Below, piece by piece: positions 12,320 through 23,248 of a DNA stretch of 64,000 nucleotides. The translations under genes and the position numbers were made by a program. The notes beneath the pieces were generated by a model. It saw only the letters and a list, made by a program, of their open reading frames with translations, did not search any database and was not told the origin of the DNA. The stretch is from sequence record MH494197.1; one strand, written 5' to 3'. Each line of letters begins with the position of its first letter. Position 1 is the first letter of the stretch.

Positions 12320-13427
12320 TTAGAACATTTGCTTGATTGCTTCAATACGCAATTCAGCAACAAAATCACGAATCTCCGATGTTTGGAGTTCACCATCTTT
12401 CACTAACTGCTGAATATCAGGTAATTCAACATCAGTATAACGATCATAAACTTTAATAATCAAATCTTCAAGTTCAGAATCAATTTCTTTGTTCAAAATG
12501 AAGTTTTCCAGTACTTTGTAAAGGAAATCTTCACCACCATTGTTTTTGATATTCATATCCAGTAAGATTTGTCCCATTTCAACTGGGGTCTTCTTACGGA
12601 AGGTTTTAATATCTTCACGGAAACGCTTGATGTAATTACTAACTTCACGTACTTAACTGGAACCTTAATGGAACCGTTAAGTACTGAATCATTATTACTT
12701 CTTCATTTTCAAAGTACTGTCCATAAGAAATATGGTTTATATTCTTCTGTACAATTTACAGAGATAGAATCAATTAATTCCAGACGTTTCTTGGTAACTG
12801 GAACTGTAGTAAATGCCTTTTCGTAATAACCAAATTGTACCAGAGTTTTGATAAACTTGGAAGGGTTTTCTTCAGAAAGTGCTTTTCGAATTCAACAAAA
12901 CACGATCTGGAACTAGATGGTCTAGTTCACCAGTACTAACCATATCTTTACACATTGTCATAGTATCATCATGGATTGTAAAGTCGGAGAACGCGTAGCG
13001 AAACGGGCCAAACGTAGAACACGCAATGGATCTTCTTTAAAGTGTTCTGATACATGACGAAGTACTTTGTTCTTGATATCAGCTTTCCCGCCATAAGGGT
13101 CGATGTGAATCTGGAGTACTGGATCATATGCAATACTATTGATTGTGAGATCACGACGATATAGATCTTGTTCTAGTGTCACACCTTTTGTATTCACTTC
13201 GAAACCACCATATCCAGTACCAGTTTTACGCTCAGTACGGGCTAATGCGTGTTCATTACCTTCTGGACTTAGATATACAGGAAATCCTTACCTACTTGCT
13301 TGTATCCAATACTTTGCAAGTATTTAATATCGGATTCGGTAGCACCGACAATAACATAATCTTTGTCTTTTGCACGGATGCCCATTAAACGGTCACGAAC
13401 GTAGCCACCAACCAAATACTTTTTCAT
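12320..13427 (-). CDS. cca: tRNA nucleotidyltransferase (CCA-adding enzyme); frameshifted
   Basis: [73 protein letters not shown]. Confidence 0.93.
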
Positions 13428-13429
13428 AT

Positions 13430-13550
13430 CATTCCCCATCAACCAATCACGTAGACGTTCCCAGAAGCCTTTTGGCTGATATTCTGGATATTCATATTCA
13501 TCTGTTCCTTGCTCGGAAACACCCCAATCTTCTTCTAATACTGTAATCAC
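13430..13550 (-). CDS. About 40-aa acidic microprotein, copy 1
   Basis: SD GGAGG; [39 protein letters not shown]; paralogous to 14556..14679. Confidence 0.55.
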
Positions 13551-13561
13551 AATGCCTCCAA

Positions 13562-13983
13562 TTAAATTAATCTATCACGTAGACGGTCGTAATATTTTGC
13601 ATGTATATCTAGTATACACTGAAATGACGGATAGTCAATACTAAATGTATCATCAATGAACATGTACTGATCAAGTGTTTCAGGACCATTATCATAAACT
13701 GGCAATGAACCTTCTTTTTTAACAGTGTGTTCCACATCAAATCACATGTAGTATCGAAAATTGCGTATGCTAATTCTATCTTACTTTTTCTAAGTGTAAT
13801 TAATAATTCATCATTCTCTACTAACGCGTTTCGTATTTTTACACGTACTGTACCCTGAAATTTATTAGTGGTTAGTACTCTATATTGATTATACGAAATC
13901 ATGCCTCGTATTTCAGTACTGATTTCTTGTTCAGAAAAGTACCTTAATGTACTGTGGAAATTTGGTATTTTACGAATGTCCAT
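13562..13983 (-). CDS. Hypothetical protein, FIDDTF paralog family; frameshifted
   Basis: Cross-frame C-terminus [30 protein letters not shown]. Confidence 0.55.
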
Positions 13984-14380
13984 TCAAATTCCTTTCGTAT
14001 ATATGGTATACGTTCATTATACTATTATATAGTTCAAAGTCAAATCCAAATGTGTCATCAATGAACTGATATTGTAGATACTCTTCATATGAAGCATCAA
14101 TTGGTAATGAGCCAGAACGAATATCATCTGATTTAAAATCGTCAATATATCTTAATGTTATTTCTTCATCAACAGTGATATCTATCATCAACGTATCGTC
14201 ACTGTACCAAAGGTTATGTATACGGATGTAAAGTTTCTTAGCACGATTAAAACTAGATACATTGGTATTGCGATGGAGTTTATCTAAGTTGAAGTAAAAC
14301 CGGCTCGTTTTACTTATGTTTTTCATATGTTCTGCAATCGAATCAATTATATAATCAATGTTGAATGTTCTCATAAACAA
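13970..14380 (-). CDS. Hypothetical protein, FIDDTF paralog family
   Basis: GSLPIDASYEEYLQYQFIDDTFGFDF. Confidence 0.6.
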   Translation of the reverse strand: MFMRTFNIDYIIDSIAEHMKNISKTSRFYFNLDKLHRNTNVSSFNRAKKLYIRIHNLWYSDDTLMIDITVDEEITLRYIDDFKSDDIRSGSLPIDASYEEYLQYQFIDDTFGFDFELYNSIMNVYHIYERNLNGHS

Positions 14381-14555
14381 ATCTCATAGCGGTTTGTGTT
14401 TGGATTGTAGCAATAGGTATCATTAATTTTAACACCGGTTTAAGTGTTATTGTTGTTCCTACTTCAGTACTGGGTTCTGCATCACAATAAATCATCACAC
14501 CAACGCCACAGATTAAAGCTAAGATACAAATAATAGCACATATTATATATTCCAT

Positions 14556-14679
14556 CACTCCCCATCAGCCAATCAAAGAGACGTTCCAAGAAGCCATTAG
14601 GCTTGTATTCTGGTTCTTTGTTCACGTCGGTTTCTTGTTCATAAACACCCAAATCTTCTTCAAGTATAATTGTATTCAT
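14556..14679 (-). CDS. About 40-aa acidic microprotein, copy 2
   Basis: MNTIILEEDLGVYEQETDVNKEPEYKPNGFLERLFDWLMG. Confidence 0.55.
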
Positions 14680-15062
14680 TATATATTATACTCTATTATA
14701 CCATCATCACTTTCACCAGACAACCACTTAATGTAATTTACTTTGTAGAAATTAATCAATGCATAAGTGCTGTACTCAATCAACAAGTGATCTCTCAAGA
14801 ATTCGTCTTGAGCATATCCATCTTCATCCAAATCTGTTGGAATATCAGTTTCTTTGTCTTGAATGTGTAAAGTTATTGTGTCTTTTGTTATACAAATTTT
14901 TATATGATTACAAATAGTAATGATGATTATGCTATATGTTCTATTGAAATATATTGTGAAATCTTCATTAATATTATATCTTCGACTTTCTTCATATTTC
15001 TGATATGGGTCGAAATGTGATAAATTAACTTTAATTAATGTATTTCTCAACTTACACCTCAA
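14679..15062 (-). CDS. Hypothetical protein, related to the neighbouring array
   Basis: Intact 127-aa ORF ending ...DIPTDLDEDGYAQDEFL. Confidence 0.55.
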   Translation of the reverse strand: MRCKLRNTLIKVNLSHFDPYQKYEESRRYNINEDFTIYFNRTYSIIIITICNHIKICITKDTITLHIQDKETDIPTDLDEDGYAQDEFLRDHLLIEYSTYALINFYKVNYIKWLSGESDDGIIEYNI

Positions 15063-15457
15063 TCATATAAAGTAATTATACATTTTATTGTACAATATAA
15101 AAGGTCTTTCACATTATCATAAGTAATATCAGATATATCATGAATTAATGATAACTGAAAAATGAAGCTTCGTCTATCTCTACTGGGATTATAACATCAT
15201 AGTCTTCGTCAATTTTATGGGTGTAGTATTTTATGTGATCAGCATTCAACACAAGGTTGTATTTTGTATCATCTTCAATTAATCCGACAAATTGAGATTT
15301 TTGATTAATAAAAATCCAATCCCAACACAACGGTTATCTGGATATGGATAGTACCATCTATTAATAACTAGGTGTTCAGGTAAGTCCATATCATGTGTTG
15401 ATATTAAAGATTTTACAATTCCCATCCGAGAATAATTCATAATTAAAACTCCATAAG

Positions 15458-15486
15458 AAAAGGGACAGAATAATCTCTGTCCCTTT
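15458..15486 (-). terminator. Intrinsic terminator
   Basis: AAAGGGACAGA...TCTGTCCCTTTT. Confidence 0.7.
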
Positions 15487-15494
15487 ATTATATC

Positions 15495-15824
15495 TTACTC
15501 TTCGTCTTCAGTCAAGTCTTCTTGAACTGGATGTTCGGGTGTTACGGCGATGCAATTTGATGCTTTTGTCTTTACCTAAGACAGTTTCCATTTTTCAAAT
15601 GAATCACCAATTGCTTTGTATAAATCTGCATCATCGGCGGTGACAATCTTACCACCTGATGTTAAAGTTACGGAATATTGATTCTTATGCTCTTTCTTCA
15701 CATGAACACCGATATAAAGTACTGAAGAATCACTAAATTTCGTTAGTACATTTGCTTCTGCATGAATCGCGTCATTGATTGCTGGAGTAATATCAACATT
15801 ACCTTGGATAACTAAATCTAGCAT
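15495..15824 (-). CDS. hpf: Ribosome hibernation factor HPF/RaiA (S30AE family); C-terminus frameshifted
   Basis: LVIQGNVDITPAINDAI...LTKF...IGVHV...VTADDADLYKAIGDSFEK matches the S30AE pattern. Confidence 0.65.
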
Positions 15825-15839
15825 AATTTACCTACCTTT

Positions 15840-16761
15840 TTAGAGTGAGCTTAACAGCAAATCCGCTCTGTTTGTAACTTGGCGATACCACAAGGAATTC
15901 ATGATTTCTTTCTTGAACTTCTTAGGGTTATCCATTTTAACACTTTTCCAAAGTTTGTCAAATGTTGCCAACTTATCAACGCCCATTGTGTATGACATTT
16001 CAAACAGGATACGCTGCTGTTCTTTTGTCAGATTAACTGCATCTTTCTTCTGCATCAATAGTGTAAAGTCCTCGTAAGTCCTTTTCATATCTTGCATTAA
16101 AAGTTTGTTGGCCTGTGCTTTGGTAATCCCGTTTCTGTACTTCATTGCATCAGAATCTTTCTTACCCAAATAATGCCCATAACCAATTGTATAATTACCT
16201 TTCATGTCCTTATAGGGATGAAATTTAGAATTGTGGAAAGGAACTCCAACTTTCCCACCAAGTAATTTACGTTTGTTCTTGGACTGAAATTCAATAGAAC
16301 CTTCAGCTTCTTTGATGTGATCGACAATTTCTGGATCTTTATAATCAAACAGTACAGTCACATCTGGTAACAATACGTTCTTCAAATCCTCTTTTGTTGG
16401 GATAAAGATACCCTGAGAAGTATGAAGAGTTGCATTTAAGTTGATATTCTTCAACAAAATGACATAATCTTCAATCTGTACATTTTAGGTTTAAATTTCT
16501 GTGCAATAGAATAATAACTATCTCGGTTGAACCGTATAATGTTTCTCGCTGCTTGGAACTGCCTTTGGTACTGATACCTTTAGTAGTTCCTGCTTTTGAA
16601 TTTGTACAACTTGTGGTTTTAAATTATGCACCTGACTTTCGTCTAATGATGATGCACGATCACTTTGAGAAAAACCATAAAATCCAATCGCAGCGAATAG
16701 GGCTGATGAAACTAACACGCCTATGGCAATTTTAGTTTTCAGTGCTTTTTCGCTTTTTCAA
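15840..16761 (-). CDS. Membrane-anchored LysM plus T4-type (GH24) lysozyme; ORFs 16518..16718 and 15840..16457 joined
   Basis: N-terminal hydrophobic segment IAIGVLVSSALFAAIGFYGF; LysM-like HYTVQP.DSYYSIAQKF...LLKNINLNATLHTSQGIFIP; lysozyme IKEAEG...PYKDMKGNYTIGYGH...EMSYTMGV..L..F...SLWYRQVTNRA. Confidence 0.78.
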
Positions 16762-16877
16762 AACGCCTCCTTTGTTGGTTGTTAACAATGAGCAATCACA
16801 AAGAGGGCAAAGAGGCCATTTGCAAAAGCCTCATTGGACTTTCTACAGTACTCATTTGTTCTTTGGAACATTTAAGT

Positions 16878-16905
16878 AGTATAGCATACTTTTTAGTTAT
16901 ATCAA
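16878..16905 (-). promoter_or_regulatory. Sigma70-like promoter for the LysM-lysozyme gene
   Basis: TTGATA-N16-TATACT with an extended TG. Confidence 0.55.
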
Positions 16906-16928
16906 GACCTATTTACCAAATAACCACA

Positions 16929-17335
16929 TTAATCGTAGTATGTTCTACCAATGGTGATGTGATATTTGAAATATTTAGATGCCAAACCCAGTTCATTACG
17001 AATATGTGCAATGAAATCATCTTCAAACTCTATGATAAAGAATGACCGTTTCTTATTGTCTTTTACTTCTTCGATGAAAGGATCGAACTTAATCTTAACT
17101 TTCATACCATCGTACTTTTTCCAGTACTCTGGATTTGGTGGCACTTCACCACGAACGATACTGACATGTGCTCCCCATTGTGGGTCTTTAATATCAATAT
17201 GTAAGTCAGTTCTGATGAAGTACTGGTAGTATCGAACCAACTGTAATGGAAGTTGCAGTACTAACCAGAAGTCCTTCTTCTTTTCATAGTGCCACGATCT
17301 GGATCATACACCAGAGTTCCTTCCATTTCAATCAT
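16929..17335 (-). CDS. 2H phosphoesterase superfamily protein; N-terminus frameshifted
   Basis: Two HxS/T motifs: WGAHVSIVRGE and KYHITIGR. Confidence 0.7.
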
Positions 17336-17692
17336 ATTTTACCTATAAATTTACATATATATTTTTATTTTCAATACGAACATAAGTTTCTAAAACATCT
17401 TTCGGAATTTTATTACTTGTTTTGTACCATGTAGTATTATCTACTAAAACAAAAGTTTCACCTTCAGTTTCACCAAATGTACTTAGTGCATAAATGAAGT
17501 AGTTTGGTGATGCACTACAATAAACATCAGCATTAATTTCAATCATATTTTACACCACAATAAAGCTTAATACAACGAGTGTAATAAACACACCCACAAT
17601 GGCGGTCATTTCAGGGTTAGCATCGTATGTATAACGGATGCACTTTAGAAAATCTTTACCAAACTTTTTTAGTCCATTCATATATTTTCCTT

Positions 17693-18049
17693 TCATTTCT
17701 TGTGTAAAGGGTCGGCACTTTCATAATAGATTGTATCATTGTTTCGCTCAATAGTAAAACTCTTTTGACACAACTCTTCAGCTAAACCCTTAGCATAGTT
17801 TAATACATCTCGGTTGAGATATACTTCTTCTTTTGGGAAGCGTGGGTACTGAATAATACGAGCACACATTCCACTTTCAAGACCACCCGTGTAGATGTAT
17901 TCACACGGAATCAATTGTACACAAAATCCAAGCTTGAATGCAAACTTTCGTGTGTACTCTCTTGCTGTTTGGATATCACCAGCAATATGAATATTCCAGT
18001 ACTGTGTTTCAACTGTACCTTTGTCGATGTATTTCATACTCATCTCCAA
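17693..18049 (-). CDS. Conserved phage hypothetical protein
   Basis: HIAGD...GFCVQLIPCEYIYTGGLESG...IIQYPRFP pattern recalled from many phages; function unknown. Confidence 0.6.
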   Translation of the reverse strand: MEMSMKYIDKGTVETQYWNIHIAGDIQTAREYTRKFAFKLGFCVQLIPCEYIYTGGLESGMCARIIQYPRFPKEEVYLNRDVLNYAKGLAEELCQKSFTIERNNDTIYYESADPLHKK

Positions 18050-18435
18050 TTATAGCATAAAAATCCTACTTGCCCAAATCTTCTATAATTCTTTTATGAT
18101 ATCATTGTTTTCCAGACATAAAGTACTGAAATTTCTACCTGTTTTTTCATTGAGTTCATTAATCTCAAGCATAAGATAACCATAAGTGATATCTTGAACC
18201 CTACTTCGTTTTACCCTTGAGTACAGTCTGATGGGTACAGATACGCGAGTATTCAAAAGAATTCTGATAAATCATAACGATATACGGTATTCATTCTTGT
18301 AACGTTTACGACTGTACGATTCTAAACACTGTGGGAAACGTCTATCAAACATACTACTTCTTAGTTGAAGTATGATTGATCTAACTTATGCGAGAAATAC
18401 TTTTGATTATTTTATTAAATCTTGTTACATGTCGT

Positions 18436-18891
18436 TTACGCCATCTCATAATCAAACCTTAAAAATATAATAGGAAAGTATTTTGTTTCCGAATCTGAAA
18501 TACTGTTACAGTAATCTTTCAATTCATCATGGATAACATTCAAATGAATAGTAGGATAGTTCATAGGTTTCTGTACTGGGCCAGTGGCATATACGCAATC
18601 TGTTCTATCCCAACTTACATATTGGGTTGGGTAATTATCTTTAGTACGTTCTTCAATAATAATATTATATTCTGGTGTATTGAATACATACATATCACAT
18701 TGTGAAATGTACTGAACATTAAAATCACCATCAGTTAGATGGATCATGTTCCCATCGCAATATAAGCATGATGGTTCAGTGTATCCTAAAATTGAAGATA
18801 AAGTTCTGAAGTTTGCTCGACCCAAATATACCAAATTCGTGTGTAAACAAATATCAATGAAACGTTTGAAGACTTCAGTTTCGTTATGCAT
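18436..18891 (-). CDS. Hypothetical protein
   Basis: Intact 151-aa ORF directly after a terminator at 18903-18926. Confidence 0.55.
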   Translation of the reverse strand: MHNETEVFKRFIDICLHTNLVYLGRANFRTLSSILGYTEPSCLYCDGNMIHLTDGDFNVQYISQCDMYVFNTPEYNIIIEERTKDNYPTQYVSWDRTDCVYATGPVQKPMNYPTIHLNVIHDELKDYCNSISDSETKYFPIIFLRFDYEMA

Positions 18892-19074
18892 ATAGATACC
18901 TTAAAAAGACCCCACATAGTGAGGTCAAACACTTTTAAACGTTATCATCATCCAAAGCTTCACGGTAAACATAATAAACATGCGTACCTAGAAGAACAAT
19001 GAGTACAATGAATACTAACCAGAATGGTACAAAATGCAGTACAAGTGCAAATGCCATTACGGTAATAACCATCA

Positions 19075-19731
19075 CTACTGAACTAAAAATAAGACTAGTC
19101 GCTTTTTAAATCCAGATAGTACATCATTCAAAACGCGTTTCATAAATGAATCAACCATTTTATTCCTCATATAATCCATATAGCAAGTTCTGCATAGACT
19201 CTTGTATGATTCATCACCACCAATAAAGACTTTATCAGTACTTTCAACTATACGGGCATTCATAGTGGCTTCTTTGCCACACTTCTGATTCTCACACACG
19301 TTCTTAAGTTCATGTATGTCATCAGCTATTTCGAACAGTCTTTGTGAACCTTCAAAAGATTGGATTCAAAATCTGTTCGTATTCCATAACAGGAAACATC
19401 AACACCATAATTATCTGCTATATCAGCTAAATGGTCAATTTGTTCTCTGTTTAAAATTGACATTCATCAACATAGATACTGTTAATGTCAACGTCATTTT
19501 TGAGTGTTTCTTTAACTTTAAGAAGAACACTAATGTCATTTTTGGAATTACTTCAGCCACAGCTTCGATGCCAATTCTTGAAGTAATCTTTCCTGTTCCA
19601 TAACGATCATCAAGTGCACTGGTTAAGTAAATTACCTTCATTCCATTTTTCTTATGGTTATATGCTTTTTGTAAAAGATGAGTACTTTTACCACTAGACA
19701 TACTACCATAGTAATATACTAATTTACCCAT
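19075..19731 (-). CDS. tk: Thymidine kinase; frameshifted
   Basis: LVYYYGSMSSGKSTHLL, DDRYGTGKITSRIG, C..CGKEATMNARI, IGGDESYKSLCRTCY. Confidence 0.93.
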
Positions 19732-20170
19732 TTTAATCCTTAAGTACGTGTGCTTACATTTTAATCTATTACCATAGGATGAAATTGGGATATTGAACAT
19801 TTCTATTTTACCCTCTTTTAAAAGACGTAAAATATCTGGATCGTTTTGGTTTGTACACAATGAAGACCATTGACTTGAATTTCTAAACCATTCTTCAGAA
19901 ATTCATAAATCTTCTGTCTACGCTTCCCACCGAAACTTTCATTTCGGATAACATCTCTTAGGTCTTTATATTCTTGTTTTAATTTCCTGTCAAAAGTGTT
20001 CCATCTTTCTTTCTGATTTCTTCAATACACTTATATTGAGTTTGTCCTCTAAGAGCCATATTTGACCTCGTTGGGATATTTCTTCATTAACTCATGTAAA
20101 CGTTGAATTTCCTGATTTTTCTTATGTTCTTCATCATACTTCTTAGAAAGATTCTTTCTTGTATTTGTTT

Positions 20171-20826
20171 CTAATAATCTAAAATTAGTACAGAATCTAT
20201 CATTTTAGCAACGTTCTTACGTAACGCATCAAAAACAGTACTGAAATAGTTATCCAATGGAAAAGAAGTATCAGTGTAATTATAAAAATCCATTACATTT
20301 GTCATGTTCACATGTTCAATTACCGCACCATTGTGCGTTACAATAAACATTATATCACCATAATTACAATTTGCATCAGTACGGTACAGATATAAATGAT
20401 CACGTAAATAATCTTTTAATTTATGTTCAATACCACTTTGTTCAGTACTTTGAAATACCAAAACTTCACCATAGATTGTATTACCTTCATAATCATTTGG
20501 TTCGCGGATAATTGTAAGGTTATACATATAACTCCTTATACCGGAGATACGGTACTCAGCATTAGTAGAGCAGTGTTTTCATCAATTTCATGTTGATTGT
20601 CGCACACTAGTGTTTCCAATAGGTCTGGATTGTAATAATAATGTTCATAATCTGTATCATTTGGAATATGGTGATAGGTGAATACAATGTCAAATACATC
20701 ATCATCATTTTCACTTTTGAAACGCTTTAATTCTTCTACACTTTCAACAAAACCATACTCTTCAAAAGCAGTAGTACCATCAGTAAGTTTCATCCATGCA
20801 CTTGCGACAATTTTCATAAATTTCAA
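20171..20826 (-). CDS. Two hypothetical proteins (20171..20527 and 20536..20826)
   Basis: Intact ORFs with SD sites, tightly packed. Confidence 0.55.
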
Positions 20827-20847
20827 ATCCTTATTCTTTTGTAATGT

Positions 20848-21415
20848 TTAGTTTAGAAACGAAATGGTTTTTGCTTCTTCAAATGTCATTGAAGTATATA
20901 CTGGGTTCCAATTATCGTCAAGATCTGTAAGTACTTTAACTTCCATTACATCTTCAGGTGTGTAGAATTGCCATGTGTTATGATCTGGTTCATAATTAGG
21001 GTCTAGTGTGAAAACTGTTCCATTCTGACCATAAACTTGTCCATCCTCTAATAGCTCACGAAATAAGTCTTCCCCAGTTGTTGGGTCTTCGTATGCATTA
21101 TAAAAGGAAAACAACATTCTCAACATCAGTTCGGGTAGTACCATCGTCTTCATCATATTCAACCAAACGGTCCTGATGAAATACTAGGTCAATAGCACCA
21201 ATGCGAGGTTTATTATGTGGAGTTTTGATTTCTTGCTGGGAATTGTAATCCATACGTTCAGTACTGATGAATACACCACTTGGTGTGATTTCAATACCAG
21301 ATACATTTTCTGGTGAATAATAAGAGTCACACATATCATCAATATGCATGTGCTCATGATACACTTCCATTTCAGGGTTCTGCATCAACAGTGCTGCTAG
21401 GTCTTTTGCTTTCAA
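20848..21415 (-). CDS. Hypothetical protein, paralog of 22272..22763; frameshifted
   Basis: MKAKDLAALLMQNPEMEVYH...ITPSGVF...TPHNKPRIGAIDLVF. Confidence 0.55.
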
Positions 21416-22004
21416 TCTTCAATCTCCATAGAGTCATCACTTTCGTAATCATCACTAGTGTACTTAGTTTTACCTCAATACCATTCTCATGAAGGTATGT
21501 GATAAAGCCATTACCATGAACGAATTGATTATAATATGTATTTTCTTCTACATGTGAGTCATAATCATCTTCGTAATATGTGGGCATTGTAACATCATGA
21601 CCAGCACTTTGCAAGTACTGGAACAATTCTTTCAGAACTACTTCGATATCACCTTCTTCTGTGCCATAACAATATGCAGGTTCACCGTGAGTGAATTTGA
21701 ATCCTTTACAGGAAACTGTATAAATGTCACTCATGTTCATACCACAATCATCACATTCATGTATAGAACAATGCTGGTGGAATTTAATCTTTTGATTTGC
21801 ATTTAGAAAATCCTGTAAAGATGTAGTAGACATTGGACTATCAGCACCATCATACCACAGTGATGTATATGGCTGAACTGAACTAATATCAATACAGAAT
21901 CCTTCACGCTCACATTTTCGAGCGAATTCTTCAGTAGTTAGTTTGTTACCAAAAGAAATCTCAAATTCATAACTAGACATATCAATATCAGTACTGTAAA
22001 TCAA
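21372..22004 (-). CDS. Acidic hypothetical protein, possibly two genes fused by an error
   Basis: 210-aa ORF; ECDDCG motif mid-ORF. Confidence 0.45.
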   Translation of the reverse strand: MIYSTDIDMSSYEFEISFGNKLTTEEFARKCEREGFCIDISSVQPYTSLWYDGADSPMSTTSLQDFLNANQKIKFHQHCSIHECDDCGMNMSDIYTVSCKGFKFTHGEPAYCYGTEEGDIEVVLKELFQYLQSAGHDVTMPTYYEDDYDSHVEENTYYNQFVHGNGFITYLHENGIEVKLSTLVMITKVMTLWRLKIESKRPSSTVDAEP

Positions 22005-22271
22005 TGTACCATCATATGTAATATGGAGTTTAGAATCTGCGTCAAAAGACGATCTGAAATAGCTTCATAATCATCTTCAGGAACTGCTTCAATAAGACGG
22101 GCCATTAGTCCAGATGTTACGCGGTAATCACTCATTTTTAATCCTTTTTTATTTTTCAAGTTTATCAATAATAGAAGGTGATACTTTTACATTGAATTCA
22201 GAATCAGGAAAATCTTTAGAAAATGAATCAATTTGTTCTTGTGAAAGTTCTTCTTTTGTGGAAATAACATT

Positions 22272-22763
22272 TTAACTAAATTTTTACCACATTCAATTGC
22301 TTCATCATACGACATAGTTTCCCATGTTCCATGCCAAGTACTAGGTTCATATTCTGTCAGTACAGAAATGAAATCAATATCATCGGGTGTATACCAAACA
22401 GCATTTTGATTCCTGATGGTGCTGATTGATTTTACCTAATAAAACAATTGGCTTTTCATAAGGAATGTTAAATATCAACCCAGATTCTAAGTTAAGAACA
22501 GTTTGAATAGATGAACCCTCCAATTTTGGAGTAATAGTACCATCCTTAAAGAAAATTTGTACATGACCCAAGAGTGGGGTTTCATATGGTGTAAGTACAT
22601 TTTCAGAAACTGATGTGGGTTTTGCCGTTGTGAAAATACCAGATGGGGTGACCATTAATTTATTATCAAAATTCTGATAATGCAATTCACTATCCACATC
22701 ATAATGATAAATGTCTAGATTTGGTTGAGATAGTAGTAATTTTGCTAAATCATGAGATTTCAT
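22272..22763 (-). CDS. Hypothetical protein, paralog of 20848..21415
   Basis: MKSHDLAKLLLSQPNLDIYH...VTPSGIF...TPYETPLLGHVQIFF. Confidence 0.55.
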
Positions 22764-22778
22764 TTTATTTCTCCAAAG

Positions 22779-22803
22779 AAAAGGAGAGTCACAATGACTC
22801 TCC
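22779..22803 (-). terminator. Intrinsic terminator after the Dps-like gene
   Basis: GGAGAGTCA-T-TGTGACTCTCCTTTT region with an 8-bp GC-rich stem. Confidence 0.7.
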
Positions 22804-22810
22804 ATATATT

Positions 22811-23248
22811 TTATTGTAAAACTTTGAGTTTGTAAAGCATTCCTTCACAAAAACTCATAATGTCTTCTAGCGTGTTAGTACTACCATAGTCTTCAGCCTC
22901 TTCTAGCATAGCATGAATGGCTTTACATTGACTAACATATTCTTCAAGAATTGGTACACAATCCTCGATAGGGTAAAACGATAACTGTTACCAGTACCTA
23001 CCTGCAATGCCCGCAGTGTTCATAATACCCTCTACAAATGCATCAACGTACTCAGGTAACTCTTTGTATAGTTCATCCAATTGTAGGTGCTTCGTGTAGA
23101 AATGGCTCTGTAAATGCCAGTTGTGAGCAGCAGCACTTAAAAATAAACTATTCTCAATAAATGTAAGTAGTACTTCATCATAAGAACTATCTTCTTCAGT
23201 ATCTCCGATAAAGTCCATTACATGTCGTAAATCATTAATATTTTCCAT
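22811..23248 (-). CDS. Dps/ferritin-like four-helix protein; frameshifted
   Basis: AHNWHLQSHFYTKHLQLDELYKELPEYVDAFVEG; C-terminus TLEDIMSFCEGMLYKL. Confidence 0.72.

Noticed and set aside
13269-13550. CCA enzyme with a novel acidic N-terminal extension
   Set aside because: The extension has a standalone paralog at 14556-14679, and a single G insertion separates it from cca. Treated as a separate microprotein pending resequencing.
13562-13590. ATCACGTAGACG shared with the microprotein copy at 13446
   Set aside because: Only 12 nt (DRLRDR versus ERLRDW); could be chance or a trivial local duplication.
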